Shown: positions 18,813-29,153 of the stretch, in pieces
Numbering within the stretch: position 1 is the stretch's first letter
How the letters are laid out: each line of letters begins with the position of its first letter
Origin: an uncultured Deferribacteres bacterium
GTDB taxonomy: Bacteria > Zhuqueibacterota > Zhuqueibacteria > Zhuqueibacterales > Geothermadaptataceae
Reading direction: 5' to 3'
NCBI GenBank assembly: GCA_964014485.1
Contig: CAXHAT010000025.1
Coordinates: 1 to 53,163 of the forward strand
Length of the DNA: 53,163 bases
The notes under the pieces: generated by a model
Databases searched by the model: none
What the model was told of the DNA's origin: nothing
The model's input: only the letters and a program-made list of their open reading frames with translations
Program-made: the position numbers and the translations under genes

Positions 18813-21800
18813 TCAAAATTGCTTGCCAATAGAGAAATACCAGCGGAATTGCGTTTTCTTTTCACCGGGCAAAGGTTTGTTGAGCCACAAGGGAAAATAG
18901 ATTCTGCTGGAAAGCCCTTCAAAAATCGGGATGTTGCCGCCGAAGAAATTGGAAACGTCGCCGCTGAAGGTCGCGCCAATTCCGGCATTCGCCATTCTCA
19001 CCGATCCGTTGGCGTCGCGGGGAGAAACGCTGCCGACGTCGTAAAAACCGAACCACCGCAAGGCAAGAATGCGCCGCTGGGGGCCGAACTCAAAATTTGC
19101 GCTCAAGTATCGATTGACCAACATCGGCTGCCCCGCATATCCGCGCAAATTGCCGCCGCCTTCAATGTAGCGGTGCGATAAGGTTCCCAGGCCGCGCCCC
19201 GTTGCGACGTGGTTATGGCGAAAACGTTCTCTGGGGGAAGCGCCCTCCGCACGAAAACTGTCCTGCAAAGGCAGATCGTCCCGCCCGAAGCTGGTTCCGG
19301 CATTGCCGCGCACCTTGAGTAGAAAGCCTTTTCCAATAAGGCGTGACTTAAAAACGGCGTTCAACTTGGTGAATTGAGCGTCCCCGCCCGGCAGCGCCTG
19401 TTCCGCCCGCGCTCGTAATTCAGAATGTACAGCGCCGCCAAAACTTCTACGCCAATTTGCGTCGAGATAAGCGGCTAAAATTGAGCTGTCGTCCCATTCC
19501 TGAAATTTGAAAGCTCCCGTATCGCTGGCTACGGTTCTGAGCGTATAAGCAAGATTTCGAACGCCGCTGTAATTGACGCCAAAATCGAGGCCGCGCCCAT
19601 TCGATGAGATAATGCCGTCAGAACCGTTGAAAGACAGGCGTGCGTCGAGTTCGTAGCGCCCTTCTTTTTTTCTGGCCAAGAAGCGGTAGCGGTTGAGCAG
19701 ATTGGAGCGACGCAGCGGGTGACCGTAGGCAATTTTGCCGTCCAAGGTTTTCGATTCGAAGCCAAAATCGAGCGCCAAATCGAGGTTGTTGAAGAAGGAG
19801 CGATAGCCGCCGCGCGTTTGGACGCCGAGTCGCAACCCGTCGATGCTGTTGTATCCAATGCGCGGGCGCCAGAGTACGAGGTATGCGTCCGTCGGCATGT
19901 AGATCATGCGCAGAAACGGAAAGTCGGGCTTGAATTCTAGGCGTGCACGCCCGTTGTTGAGCATATTGCCGTCAAGAATTTCGTTGTTGGGATCGACTTT
20001 GATTTCGCGCGGCTTGCTCTCCGTTTCAAAGACGACTTTGCCGACTTTTTCCTTGCCGTCCCAGCGTTTTGCGAGCTTCTCGCCGCCGACTTCAACCTCA
20101 ACTTCAACCGGCATGACGCCGTCGCCGTTGCGCTGCAACTTGACTTCAGTGACCCATGTTTTATCGTCTTTTTGGTATTGTTTAACGCCCTTCTTGGCGT
20201 AATCAACGGTCGGCGTTCCATGCAGCCACTGCGCGAAAAACCAGTCCAAATCTTGCCCGTAAACTTCTTCGCTCACTTGCTGTAAATCTTTTTCGGTGAC
20301 ATAAGTGAATTTCCTTTGCTCAAAAAAAGTGCGCATGATTTTCTGGAGCGTTGCTTCGCCGACGACGTATTCGAGCATTTCGTAAAACAGGGAAGATTTC
20401 ATGTAGGTGTTGGCAAATAAGCCGACAGGATCTTTGTAGTCGTCAGTTTTTTGCGAAATGGCTTCATCCTGTCCGGAGTCGCGATAGAGCAAGGTGATAT
20501 TTCGCATGACTTGGTCGAAGCTTGGCAGAGGATAGCGTTTCTGCCACCAACTCATTTCTTCCTGCGCTTCTTCCATTTCGTAGCCGCGTGCGCCGTAAGC
20601 GAATTCTGAAGCTTTTTTGCCCAAAAACACGCCGAACCCCTTCGCCATCCACGCTTCCTTGTAGCCGTTGGTCGCCAACATCGCCGGCATGTACATGCTG
20701 GAGAGCGCTTGCGCCAGCGTGAAGTGATCTTCGTCCGGGAGCATGGCCAGTCCCGGTTCAGAAAGATTGCTTTCGCGCGATTCGAGTATGACCAAACGCT
20801 CGAACGGCGATTTGCCGTAATAACTTTCGAACATCGAAAACAGGGTGTCTAAGCGTGCGGCGATTGTCTTTTCCCAGCGGCGGTCAACCGCGCCGCGAGC
20901 GATCATATCCACGGGGAAGTCGTTGGGCTTCTGGTAGTAAATCAGATTTGTAGAAGCGGTCCAGGTGAAATTCTGAGTGCGCTCGGCCTGCCAAATCGTT
21001 TTTCGCACGCCGGTTTTTTCCGCTTGTTGGAAAAGCGCTTTTTTCAGCGTGTCGTGCCAAGCCGCTGCCAGCGAATCTTCCAATTCAAGTTTGGCTTGCA
21101 CCGCACGCCAGCCTGGATCGCCTTGCACGTTTTTTCCCGGCGCGACGACAATGAACTGTCCCGGAACCGTCAGCGCTACTTCAAAGCTGGCGAATTCACT
21201 CATCACGTCCATGCTTTCCATCAAAAAATGAAAAGGCTCGACCTGCCAACCGTCTTTCGTGTAGGCGGCGATACGGGGAAACCAATTCAGAAAAGTGATG
21301 TAAATATCGCTTCGCCCCCTGCGATTCAATCTGCGTTTGTAATCTTTGGTAAACGACATTCCAAGCTTCAAACTGTCGCCCGGTGCAAGCCCTACGGGCA
21401 GAGGCAAATCAAGAATCGTGTCGCTGAAATCAAAGGCTTGCAAGGCGAAATCCGTTTCAACGCCGATTGAAAGAAATTGCAGGGTGTTGATTTTCAATTC
21501 GGAGTCGCGCGTTTGGCTGAAGTTCATCGAACCGGAGCGATTGATGCGATTCATCTCGCGGAAGGCGGTATTGTCTTCCTTTGAAAAGGCGTTGGCCGGA
21601 ACAAGAAAATACAGTGAGTTGAGCGTTTCCGGCGAATGGTTGACATAAGTCAAAGTCATGTAGCCTTGCAGCGCTTTCTCAGTTGTGTCAAGCTCGGCTT
21701 CGATGTTGTAGTGCAAGCTTTGTTGCCACTCCTGGAAAGCGAACGCCGGAGAGGGCGGGAGGGCGGCGGATGAAATGATGAAAGCCGCGAATACACGAGC

Positions 21801-21854
21801 GATTCTTCCGAAATTTAGTTTGAACAAAGCATGTTTTGCGGATGCGGTTCGCAT
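18813..21854 (-). CDS. M1 aminopeptidase-like protein lacking Zn ligands, fused to an Omp85-like beta-barrel (start uncertain, 21854-21902)
   Basis: WQQ..HYNIEAELD, YVNHSPETL, NWFPRI and FFAQWL M1 hallmarks; HExxH-x18-E replaced by QALSS-x18-K; GGGNLRGY and terminal Phe. Confidence 0.8.
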   Translation of the reverse strand: MRTASAKHALFKLNFGRIARVFAAFIISSAALPPSPAFAFQEWQQSLHYNIEAELDTTEKALQGYMTLTYVNHSPETLNSLYFLVPANAFSKEDNTAFREMNRINRSGSMNFSQTRDSELKINTLQFLSIGVETDFALQAFDFSDTILDLPLPVGLAPGDSLKLGMSFTKDYKRRLNRRGRSDIYITFLNWFPRIAAYTKDGWQVEPFHFLMESMDVMSEFASFEVALTVPGQFIVVAPGKNVQGDPGWRAVQAKLELEDSLAAAWHDTLKKALFQQAEKTGVRKTIWQAERTQNFTWTASTNLIYYQKPNDFPVDMIARGAVDRRWEKTIAARLDTLFSMFESYYGKSPFERLVILESRESNLSEPGLAMLPDEDHFTLAQALSSMYMPAMLATNGYKEAWMAKGFGVFLGKKASEFAYGARGYEMEEAQEEMSWWQKRYPLPSFDQVMRNITLLYRDSGQDEAISQKTDDYKDPVGLFANTYMKSSLFYEMLEYVVGEATLQKIMRTFFEQRKFTYVTEKDLQQVSEEVYGQDLDWFFAQWLHGTPTVDYAKKGVKQYQKDDKTWVTEVKLQRNGDGVMPVEVEVEVGGEKLAKRWDGKEKVGKVVFETESKPREIKVDPNNEILDGNMLNNGRARLEFKPDFPFLRMIYMPTDAYLVLWRPRIGYNSIDGLRLGVQTRGGYRSFFNNLDLALDFGFESKTLDGKIAYGHPLRRSNLLNRYRFLARKKEGRYELDARLSFNGSDGIISSNGRGLDFGVNYSGVRNLAYTLRTVASDTGAFKFQEWDDSSILAAYLDANWRRSFGGAVHSELRARAEQALPGGDAQFTKLNAVFKSRLIGKGFLLKVRGNAGTSFGRDDLPLQDSFRAEGASPRERFRHNHVATGRGLGTLSHRYIEGGGNLRGYAGQPMLVNRYLSANFEFGPQRRILALRWFGFYDVGSVSPRDANGSVRMANAGIGATFSGDVSNFFGGNIPIFEGLSSRIYFPLWLNKPLPGEKKTQFRWYFSIGKQF

Positions 21855-22018
21855 GATTTGATGAGCATTGAGACTTGCCGTCATTCTTACTCCAGTGGAC
21901 AATTGGTTCGAAGGAATGCGTTTTTTGAATGGAATTTTGAGCGATTGAATGAATCGTGGCGCAGACTCGAACTAACGACGACGCACGGGAGGAAAATGTT
22001 CCTGCCGGTCTTACGAAA

Positions 22019-22044
22019 GGAGTGCGAGGCTTGCCTTGCTTTTC
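22019..22044. repeat. Single arm of the GGAGTGC..GCTTGCCTTGC repeat
   Basis: One mismatch to 13745-13770. Confidence 0.6.
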
Positions 22045-22157
22045 AACGGCAGGCTTTTTTAAACCATGAGTCGATTTTTTTTACTGAAATATTCGGCTTT
22101 CGTCCAGTTGAGCCGGGCGCCAAGGGGCTGTCCAAAAACATAATATTTTTCTAGCAT

Positions 22158-22198
22158 CACACAACATGTCGTAGGGGGTCAAGATTTTGAACCCCTAC
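22158..22198. repeat. GTAG REP hairpin with CACACAACATGT tail
   Basis: GTAGGGGGTCAAGATTTTGAACCCCTAC; inverted copy at 37000-37040. Confidence 0.7.
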
Positions 22199-22203
22199 GC
22201 ATT

Positions 22204-23661
22204 CTAACGCTCGCCGTACAACATCGTGTCCAAATCCTCGCGTTGCAGCAACGCCCCGTTGGCGACGACGGCGTGGACTTTCTTGGTATTGGCGACGTTT
22301 TCGAGCGGGTTCTCATCGAGAATAACCAGATCAGCCAGTTTGCCTTCCGCGATGGTTCCCAGGTCGTTTTCCAAACCAAAATATTTTGCCGGATTTATGG
22401 TTGCGGTCTGCAAAACGGCCAATGGCGAAAGCCCTGATTTTTCCAACAGCAACAGTTCTTCATGCAAGCTAAAACCCGGAGTCAACGGAAAAATCGGCGT
22501 GTCCGTTCCGGCAAGTATGTTGACTTCCGCTTGATGCAGATCATTCACCATGCCCAAAGCCCATTCAGCGAAAACAAGCGCCGATTCATCGGGCGGCGTG
22601 GGCGAGAATCTTTCGACGATCTCGCGCCATTGGCTTTCAACGTTTTGAGGCAGTGCTGAAAAAGTGTTGAGCCAGTCGGGGTTGTCGTAGAGCCGAAACG
22701 CGCGTGACGTGACAATCGTCATGGTCGGGATTTGCCAGGTATCGTTGGCTTTTAAGGTGGAGATCAATTCGGCGCGGCGGTCAGCATCTTGCGTAGCAAT
22801 GGCGTGCGTACGTTGGCTGCGATGGATTTGGCTGCGCAAATCACCGCCGGATAAATTCTGCTCATTTTGCATCATTTTTTTGCGGGCTGCGAGCAATGAA
22901 TCGGCGTCACGCGAGGCGGAGAATTCCAAATTACGCAGGTGCTCCATGCTGCTTAAGCCGAGATTAGACGCTTCCTTGGCGTCGAGATGGAGCGGCACGT
23001 GCCCGGTCACCTTGAGTTGTTTTTCCCTGGCGCGCTCAAGCAGTGCGCGAAAAGCTTCCGGCGTGAGCATCTCGTAGGATTTAACCAAATCCGCTCCGAC
23101 GGCCGTCAAGCTATCGACCCAGGCGCGCGCCGCTTCAGGCGTGGGCGCGCCGACGGCAATTTCCGGACGGAAAGGCACGCTGCCGTCGTAGACGCTTGGC
23201 ACGCCGTCGACGAGCGGCCCGGCGAGAAAAACGCGCGGCGCCGTTTCAGTGCCGGAACGCGATTTGTCTCTGTGGGGAAGAATTTTTTCCAGCAGCCCGC
23301 CCGTGTCGCGAACGCTGGTGATTCCATTGGCGACGAAGAGACGAAACATGTCTTGTTCAAGTTCAGGAACAAAGGTGAGATGGACGTGCGCGTCCCAAAG
23401 GCCGGGAATCACGAAGCGGCCTTCTAAATCAATGCTTGTTGTTTGTGAAGCGTCGGAAAAATCCGCTGCTTCACCGATTTTCCAAATGCGGTTTTCATGT
23501 ACGGCGATGGTTTTGGGGGACGACACTTCTCCGGTTTCGACGTCAACAATGCTGGCGTTGCTAATGAGCCAGGTTCCCGGGGGCGTTTTTTCCGCAGGCG
23601 TTTGACAGGCGCAAAAGAGCCACGCTGAAAATAAGACGGTGACAAGAACGCGTAATTTCAT
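22204..23661 (-). CDS. Amidohydrolase family lipoprotein
   Basis: Lipobox-like FCAC; PGLWDAHVH, AGTD and GKLADLVIL. Confidence 0.9.
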   Translation of the reverse strand: MKLRVLVTVLFSAWLFCACQTPAEKTPPGTWLISNASIVDVETGEVSSPKTIAVHENRIWKIGEAADFSDASQTTSIDLEGRFVIPGLWDAHVHLTFVPELEQDMFRLFVANGITSVRDTGGLLEKILPHRDKSRSGTETAPRVFLAGPLVDGVPSVYDGSVPFRPEIAVGAPTPEAARAWVDSLTAVGADLVKSYEMLTPEAFRALLERAREKQLKVTGHVPLHLDAKEASNLGLSSMEHLRNLEFSASRDADSLLAARKKMMQNEQNLSGGDLRSQIHRSQRTHAIATQDADRRAELISTLKANDTWQIPTMTIVTSRAFRLYDNPDWLNTFSALPQNVESQWREIVERFSPTPPDESALVFAEWALGMVNDLHQAEVNILAGTDTPIFPLTPGFSLHEELLLLEKSGLSPLAVLQTATINPAKYFGLENDLGTIAEGKLADLVILDENPLENVANTKKVHAVVANGALLQREDLDTMLYGER

Positions 23662-23697
23662 TTTCCTTCCCTCGTTTGTAAAGAATAACAGCCTCGA

Positions 23698-24600
23698 TTA
23701 ACCTCTCACTTTTTGGGCAAACGCCTCAATTGCGGCTTCGGACATTTCCGGGGTCGCGCCCCGTTTCGTGCAAACAAACGCGCTGGTTTTTACGGCAAAA
23801 TTCAGACATGCTTGAAGCGGCGCTTTTTGCAAGCGCTTGTGAATAAATCCGGCAATAAACGCATCACCGGCTCCGGTCAAATCAACAGGCTGAATTATCA
23901 GGGCTTCGGCTGCAAGCGTTTTGTTTGCAGTGATCATTCTGGCGCCCTCGTCTCCCAGTGTCAGGAGAACGCCGTCCAGCTTGTATTCAGCGATTAATTT
24001 GCGAACAAAGGAAACGACGTTTTCGGTCTCACTCTTGAAAGCTTCCATCAGTAAATAAATTTCGTCGCGGTTGACCTTCAAGATGTTCGTCGCTTTTAAT
24101 GAACGGACGACGGTTTCGGTCTGACCGCGCAGGGATTGTCTAATATTGAGATCAAAAATCTTGAACGCTTTGGTTGATTCAACAAATTGCAGGATAGCGG
24201 CGCGCGACGCCTCCTGCCGCTGCGCCAAAAGTCCAAACGCCGCCACGTCAGCCGTTGCAGCCAGTTCCTGAAGCGCTTCGGAATATTCCAAATAATCGAA
24301 GGCGACGTCGTTGGAGCAAGTAAAAGACGGCTGCCCATGCACGTCAAGTCGAATGAGAACCGTGCCCGTCCCTTTCTTTTTATCAACCTGAAGCCAGGAA
24401 GGGTCAAGGCCTTTTTCCGCTAATGAACGCGTTAGTTCCTGTCCCAACCCGTCGTTGCCGATGCGGCTGGCAATAACGCCTTCATGCCCCAATTGCAAGG
24501 CGTTCAACGCGACATTCGCGGGAGCGCCGCCAATAAACCGCTCATCGCGATAGATGTCCCAGAGTATTTCGCCAACGCCAACGACTCTTTTTTTTGCCAT
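23698..24600 (-). CDS. PfkB family carbohydrate kinase (fructokinase-like)
   Basis: GEILWD, GGAPANVA and DLTGAGDAF. Confidence 0.92.
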   Translation of the reverse strand: MAKKRVVGVGEILWDIYRDERFIGGAPANVALNALQLGHEGVIASRIGNDGLGQELTRSLAEKGLDPSWLQVDKKKGTGTVLIRLDVHGQPSFTCSNDVAFDYLEYSEALQELAATADVAAFGLLAQRQEASRAAILQFVESTKAFKIFDLNIRQSLRGQTETVVRSLKATNILKVNRDEIYLLMEAFKSETENVVSFVRKLIAEYKLDGVLLTLGDEGARMITANKTLAAEALIIQPVDLTGAGDAFIAGFIHKRLQKAPLQACLNFAVKTSAFVCTKRGATPEMSEAAIEAFAQKVRG

Positions 24601-24704
24601 TTTTAGATTCTCTCGTTTGCTGTATTGTCTCGTAAGTGCTCCAAATTGAACATCTTCCCGCCGTAATTCAAGCAAAATGTCTGCTACTGAGAGATAAATT
24701 CTGC

Positions 24705-24733
24705 TTGAGTTAAACGTTTCAATGAATTATTAT
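24705..24733 (+). promoter_or_regulatory. Candidate sigma70 promoter TTGAGT-N17-TATTAT
   Basis: Near-consensus boxes about 60 nt upstream of 24793. Confidence 0.4.
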
Positions 24734-24792
24734 TATCGCTCGAAATTTCTACTGGTCAGCCAATTTTCGTCAATTCCATCGGAGGAAAAATA

Positions 24793-25479
24793 ATGAAAAA
24801 ACTTGCCGCTGTGCTCACAACACTCGCATTGTGCCTGGGCCTTTCAAACGCCGCGTTTTCACAGGAAGAAAAAAAAGAAGGACTGGCGCCGATTGAAATC
24901 AATCTGCCGAAACCAATGTTCATCGGTACGCCGCAAAATATGCAGGTGCCCAACCTGGAAAAGCCGCTCGGCAAGCCTCGCCCGCCGTTTTTGGCGCCGG
25001 TGGGAACGAAGAACGTCGCATTGGGCATAATGCCGCAAAGCACGGACGATGAACCGATTATTGGTGAAATCGAAATGATTACGGACGGCGACAACGCCGC
25101 GCCGGACGGACATTATGTTGAGCTTGGGCCGTTCGTGCAGCATGTCACGGTCGATCTGCAGAAGAAACACACCATTTATGCCGTGCTCGTCTGGCATTTT
25201 CACAAGCAGCCGCGCGTTTATTTTGACGTCATCGTTCAGGTCGCAGACGATCCTGATTTTGTCACGAACGTGCAAACGATCTACAACAACGATCTCGATA
25301 ATTCCGCCGGACTTGGCGCCGGGAAAGACCCGCACTACGTCGAAACTTCCGAAGGGCGGCTCATCGATGCGAAGGGCGTGCAGGGACGTTACGTTCGTTT
25401 CTACAGCAACGGCAACAACAGCAATGACTTGAATCACTATGTTGAAGTCGCCGTCTACGGCATCCCCGTTTCTGAATAA
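24793..25479 (+). CDS. Secreted discoidin/F5-8C-like beta-sandwich protein
   Basis: Signal peptide, Pro-rich linker, NVALG, ITDGD, VTVDL, GRYVRFY and EVAVYG; GGAGG RBS. Confidence 0.75.
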   Translation: MKKLAAVLTTLALCLGLSNAAFSQEEKKEGLAPIEINLPKPMFIGTPQNMQVPNLEKPLGKPRPPFLAPVGTKNVALGIMPQSTDDEPIIGEIEMITDGDNAAPDGHYVELGPFVQHVTVDLQKKHTIYAVLVWHFHKQPRVYFDVIVQVADDPDFVTNVQTIYNNDLDNSAGLGAGKDPHYVETSEGRLIDAKGVQGRYVRFYSNGNNSNDLNHYVEVAVYGIPVSE

Positions 25480-25489
25480 AGTTTATGAT

Positions 25490-25533
25490 CAACCCTGACA
25501 GGGCTTTGAACTCTGTCAGGGTTGGATTTTTTT
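25490..25533 (+). terminator. Stem-loop with T tract (intrinsic terminator or REP-like)
   Basis: CAACCCTGACAG and CTGTCAGGGTTG followed by a T run. Confidence 0.6.
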
Positions 25534-25574
25534 GGGGCAAACTGTAAACTTCGCAAATCGATCTCAAGCACTAA

Positions 25575-27188
25575 ATGTCACGACCCCGCCTGTTATTCTT
25601 TGTCGTTTTTGCCATAGCCGTCATTGTGCGAATAATCGATCTAAGCGGGCGACCCATGCACGGAGACGAAGCCGTTCACGCGATAAAGTTTGGCGATTTG
25701 CTCCAGGACGGCGTTTATACCTACGATCCGCACGAATACCACGGCCCCGTGCTCAACTATTTTTCTCTTCTTCCCGCCTGGTTGACCGGCGCTGAAAGTC
25801 TCATTGAAGTCAACGAATCTCACCTGAGAGTTGTCCCCGTATTCTTTGGCGTGCTGCTCATTCTTTTGTTGCTCCCTCTCGCAAAATCTCTCGGATGGCC
25901 GATTGTATTGACAGCCGTCGTTTTTACGGCCGTCTCGCCGACGCTGATATTTTACAGCAGATATTATATTCAAGAAACGTTGCTGGTCTGCACCGCGTTC
26001 GGCTTGCTCGTTTCCGGTTTTCGATATTTTCAATCTGGAAAATTGCTTTGGATCGTCGCAGGCGGAATTTTTTTAGGGCTGATGCATGCTACCAAAGAAA
26101 CTTTCGTGATTTCAATCGCGGCAATGACAGCGGCGTTCGGCGTCGTCGCTTTCTTGGTAAAACGCGAAACGAGTGGTTCCGCATTTGAAAAACATCGCGG
26201 ATTTGCGGGGCGCTTACTCATCGGCTTGGGAACGGCGGCGCTCGTCTCCATGTTGTTTTTCTCATCCTTTCTATCTCACCCGCAGGGCGTTTTAGATTCG
26301 GTTTTGACCTATCAAACGTATTTTGATCGCGCCGGAGAAAACGCGTTTCACATCCAGCCCTGGCATTATTACTTGAAGATTTTGCTGCATTTTCAAATTG
26401 CAGACGCGCCCGTTTTTACCGAAGCTTTTTTTATGGTATTGGCTGTCATCGGGGCCATTTTCTCTTTCAAAAAATCAGCAGCGGTTGGCGTTGAAAAACT
26501 TTTCTTTCGTTTGATCACAATCTACACAGGTGCGCTGTTTTCCATTTTTAGTGCGATCCCGTACAAAACGCCGTGGAATATGCTGGGCTTTTATCACGCG
26601 ATGCTTATCCTTGCCGCGTTTGGCGCCGTTTCGGTCTGGAGATTTCTGTCGGAGCGCGCCAAACGGCAAAAAAGCTTTGCGACAAAAATTGCCGCGACGA
26701 GTTTTGTCATTGCCTTCCTGATCGGTTTTGGACATATTGGTTGGCAGGCGTATTATTGGAATTTCAAAGCGGACGCTTCTCCGGCAAACCCGCATGTTTA
26801 CGCGCATCCGACTGACGACGTTTTCGCAATAACGGAAACGATCAAAAATTTTGCGAAGGCGTCGGATCAAGGAACGAGTCTGCACATTGAATTTGCGTGC
26901 AAAAATGATGATTACTGGCCGTTCCCGTGGTACTTACGCGAGCTCCCAAACATTGGCTGGCGAAACAAGATCGATTTTGAAGCGCCGTCAGCACCAATCA
27001 TGATTATTTCGCCGGAGCTGGAGGGCGATTTGGTGACAAAGCTTTATGAGAAAACGCCGCCGGGCCAGCGCGATCTATACGCGCCGCTTTTCGACGAGTA
27101 CATGGAATTGCGCCCCGGCTTGGAAATTCGCGGTTACGTGAAAGTCGATTTATGGAACAAATATCATTCGACAGAGGACGTACGATGA
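25575..27188 (+). CDS. TIGR03663/Agl23-like GT-C (PMT-like) membrane glycosyltransferase
   Basis: RPMHGDEA, YDPHEYHGP, YSRYYIQE, ATKET, PYKTPW and YWPFPWYLR; many TM segments. Confidence 0.8.
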   Translation: MSRPRLLFFVVFAIAVIVRIIDLSGRPMHGDEAVHAIKFGDLLQDGVYTYDPHEYHGPVLNYFSLLPAWLTGAESLIEVNESHLRVVPVFFGVLLILLLLPLAKSLGWPIVLTAVVFTAVSPTLIFYSRYYIQETLLVCTAFGLLVSGFRYFQSGKLLWIVAGGIFLGLMHATKETFVISIAAMTAAFGVVAFLVKRETSGSAFEKHRGFAGRLLIGLGTAALVSMLFFSSFLSHPQGVLDSVLTYQTYFDRAGENAFHIQPWHYYLKILLHFQIADAPVFTEAFFMVLAVIGAIFSFKKSAAVGVEKLFFRLITIYTGALFSIFSAIPYKTPWNMLGFYHAMLILAAFGAVSVWRFLSERAKRQKSFATKIAATSFVIAFLIGFGHIGWQAYYWNFKADASPANPHVYAHPTDDVFAITETIKNFAKASDQGTSLHIEFACKNDDYWPFPWYLRELPNIGWRNKIDFEAPSAPIMIISPELEGDLVTKLYEKTPPGQRDLYAPLFDEYMELRPGLEIRGYVKVDLWNKYHSTEDVR

Positions 27189-28126
27189 ACCCGGTTCGCC
27201 GTGATATTTCGACGATTGACGCCGGGTGGACGAAAAGCCCTGAATTGCACCGATTTGAGCACAACGCGATGGCGACGGTTTATGAAATTTACATCCACCA
27301 CGAAAATCGCACATACGCCGAACAGGCCGCTTTAGACGCATTCAATGAAATTGATCGGCTTGAAGATGAACTCAGCCGTTTTCGCCCGAACAGCGACGTT
27401 TCGCGGATCAACGCGCTCAAGCCGGAGGAGACGATCATCATTGGCCCGGACGCTTTTGAATGTTTGAGACATTGTCAACAATTGTACGCGGATACCGGCG
27501 GCGTTTTCGACGTCACCGTCGGCGTTCTTATGGATTGCTGGCTAAAGAAAGACAAATTATTAAGGCAGCCTGAGCCTGAAGAACTCGAAAAGGCGCGCCG
27601 TCGAATGGGGATTGATCATTTTCAATTGGATGAAGAAACTTTTGAGATAACTCTGGTGCACGACGAGCCCGTCGGTCTTGACTTTGGCGGATACGGCAAG
27701 GGCTATGCACTGGATCGCGTCGCTGAATTGTTGGAAGAATGGGAAATTCGCCGTGCCTTAATTCATGGCGGTTCTAGCTCGATTTTGGCTTTGGATGCGC
27801 CGCCGGACTCAGACGGGTGGCCGGTGACGATTAGCGATCCGGGCGATCGCAGCAAGATTTTGGCGGATATAAATTTAAAAAATTGCGCTGTCAGCGGCTC
27901 CGGCCTGGAAAAAGGACAACACGTACTCGATCCGCGCACGGGATGGCCGCTTTCCGGCAAACCCGGCGCTTGGGCCATGACGAAAAACGCCGCCGGGAGT
28001 GACGCGCTCTCCACGGCCTTTTTGATCATGTTGGTTAGCGAAGTTGAAGCGTTTTGCCGCCGAAACCCCGAAACCCGCGCCTTGCTGGCGCTCGAAAACG
28101 CACGAACGGCAAGATTTGGAATTTAA
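27185..28126 (+). CDS. apbE: FAD:protein FMN transferase without signal peptide
   Basis: AMAT, LSRFRPNSDVSRIN, FDVTVG, LDFGGYGKGYALD, HVLDPRTG and SDALSTA; ATGA overlap. Confidence 0.9.
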   Translation: MNPVRRDISTIDAGWTKSPELHRFEHNAMATVYEIYIHHENRTYAEQAALDAFNEIDRLEDELSRFRPNSDVSRINALKPEETIIIGPDAFECLRHCQQLYADTGGVFDVTVGVLMDCWLKKDKLLRQPEPEELEKARRRMGIDHFQLDEETFEITLVHDEPVGLDFGGYGKGYALDRVAELLEEWEIRRALIHGGSSSILALDAPPDSDGWPVTISDPGDRSKILADINLKNCAVSGSGLEKGQHVLDPRTGWPLSGKPGAWAMTKNAAGSDALSTAFLIMLVSEVEAFCRRNPETRALLALENARTARFGI

Positions 28127-28180
28127 TCAGCTAAAAGTTTGACGACGCTTTTAGAAGGACAAAAGCAGTAAGGTCGAAGG

Positions 28181-29149
28181 ATGAAGGTTCTCAGGATTAT
28201 CGAACCGGGGAAAGCTGAGTGGCAGGAAGCGCCGGTGCCAAAGCCGGAGCAAGAAGAAGTGCTTGTTGAAGTACAGGCGGCGACCGCTTGTCCGCACTGG
28301 GACTTCAATATTTTCGACGGCAAGCCGATTGCCCCAAATTTCAAGCAGGACTATCCTTGTCCGCCGGGACAGCCGGGGCACGAAATGTCCGGCGTGGTTG
28401 TCGAAATTGGCACGCGCGTCCAAAACATTAAAGTCGGCGACAGGATTGCGGTTTGGCGCGACAGCGGCCCCAATAGGCAGGGATGCTACGCACAGTACGT
28501 CGCTTTGCCCGCTGAAAATGTGATGGCGGCGCCGAGAAATCTCCCAAAAGAAGCGCTCACGTCGTTGGAGCTTGCCATGTGCGTGCAGGTTTCGTTTGAT
28601 CAATTACGGCAAAACGTCGGCATTCATGACATGCGTCTGGGAGTCGCGGGCTTGGGGCCGGCCGGTCTCATCGCCGTGCAAATGGCCAAGGCCTATGGCG
28701 CCAGAGAAGTCGTCGGCGTCGATCCGTTGCGAGAGCGTAGAAAATTGGCCAAAACGTTGGGCGCTGATGAAGTTTATGCCCCCGACGACCCGAATTTTCC
28801 AATCTCACGAAACAATGAAACGTCTTTAGACGTCGCGGTTGAAACGTCGGGTCTCAAAATCTCCATCGAAGCCATGATGGGACGAGCCAAAAAGGCTGTC
28901 GCGATGTTCGGCGTTTTGCGTGAAGTGATTGAGTACGGCCCGTCGCACTGGCACGGCGGTTTTGCGCTTTTAGGTTACGGCGAACACAACCGTGACGCCG
29001 CGGATCGCGCGCTCAATTTGATTCAGCAGGAGAAACTCGATTTAAAACCGCTCATTTCCCGGACGATGCCTTTCACCCAGTATGCTGAAAGCATCGCGCT
29101 TCTTCGAGATAGAAAAGCGATCAAAATTATGTACAATCCCTGGCAGTAG
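28181..29149 (+). CDS. Zn-dependent MDR alcohol/sugar dehydrogenase
   Basis: CPHWD, PGHE and GLGPAG. Confidence 0.85.
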   Translation: MKVLRIIEPGKAEWQEAPVPKPEQEEVLVEVQAATACPHWDFNIFDGKPIAPNFKQDYPCPPGQPGHEMSGVVVEIGTRVQNIKVGDRIAVWRDSGPNRQGCYAQYVALPAENVMAAPRNLPKEALTSLELAMCVQVSFDQLRQNVGIHDMRLGVAGLGPAGLIAVQMAKAYGAREVVGVDPLRERRKLAKTLGADEVYAPDDPNFPISRNNETSLDVAVETSGLKISIEAMMGRAKKAVAMFGVLREVIEYGPSHWHGGFALLGYGEHNRDAADRALNLIQQEKLDLKPLISRTMPFTQYAESIALLRDRKAIKIMYNPWQ

Positions 29150-29153
29150 CAAA

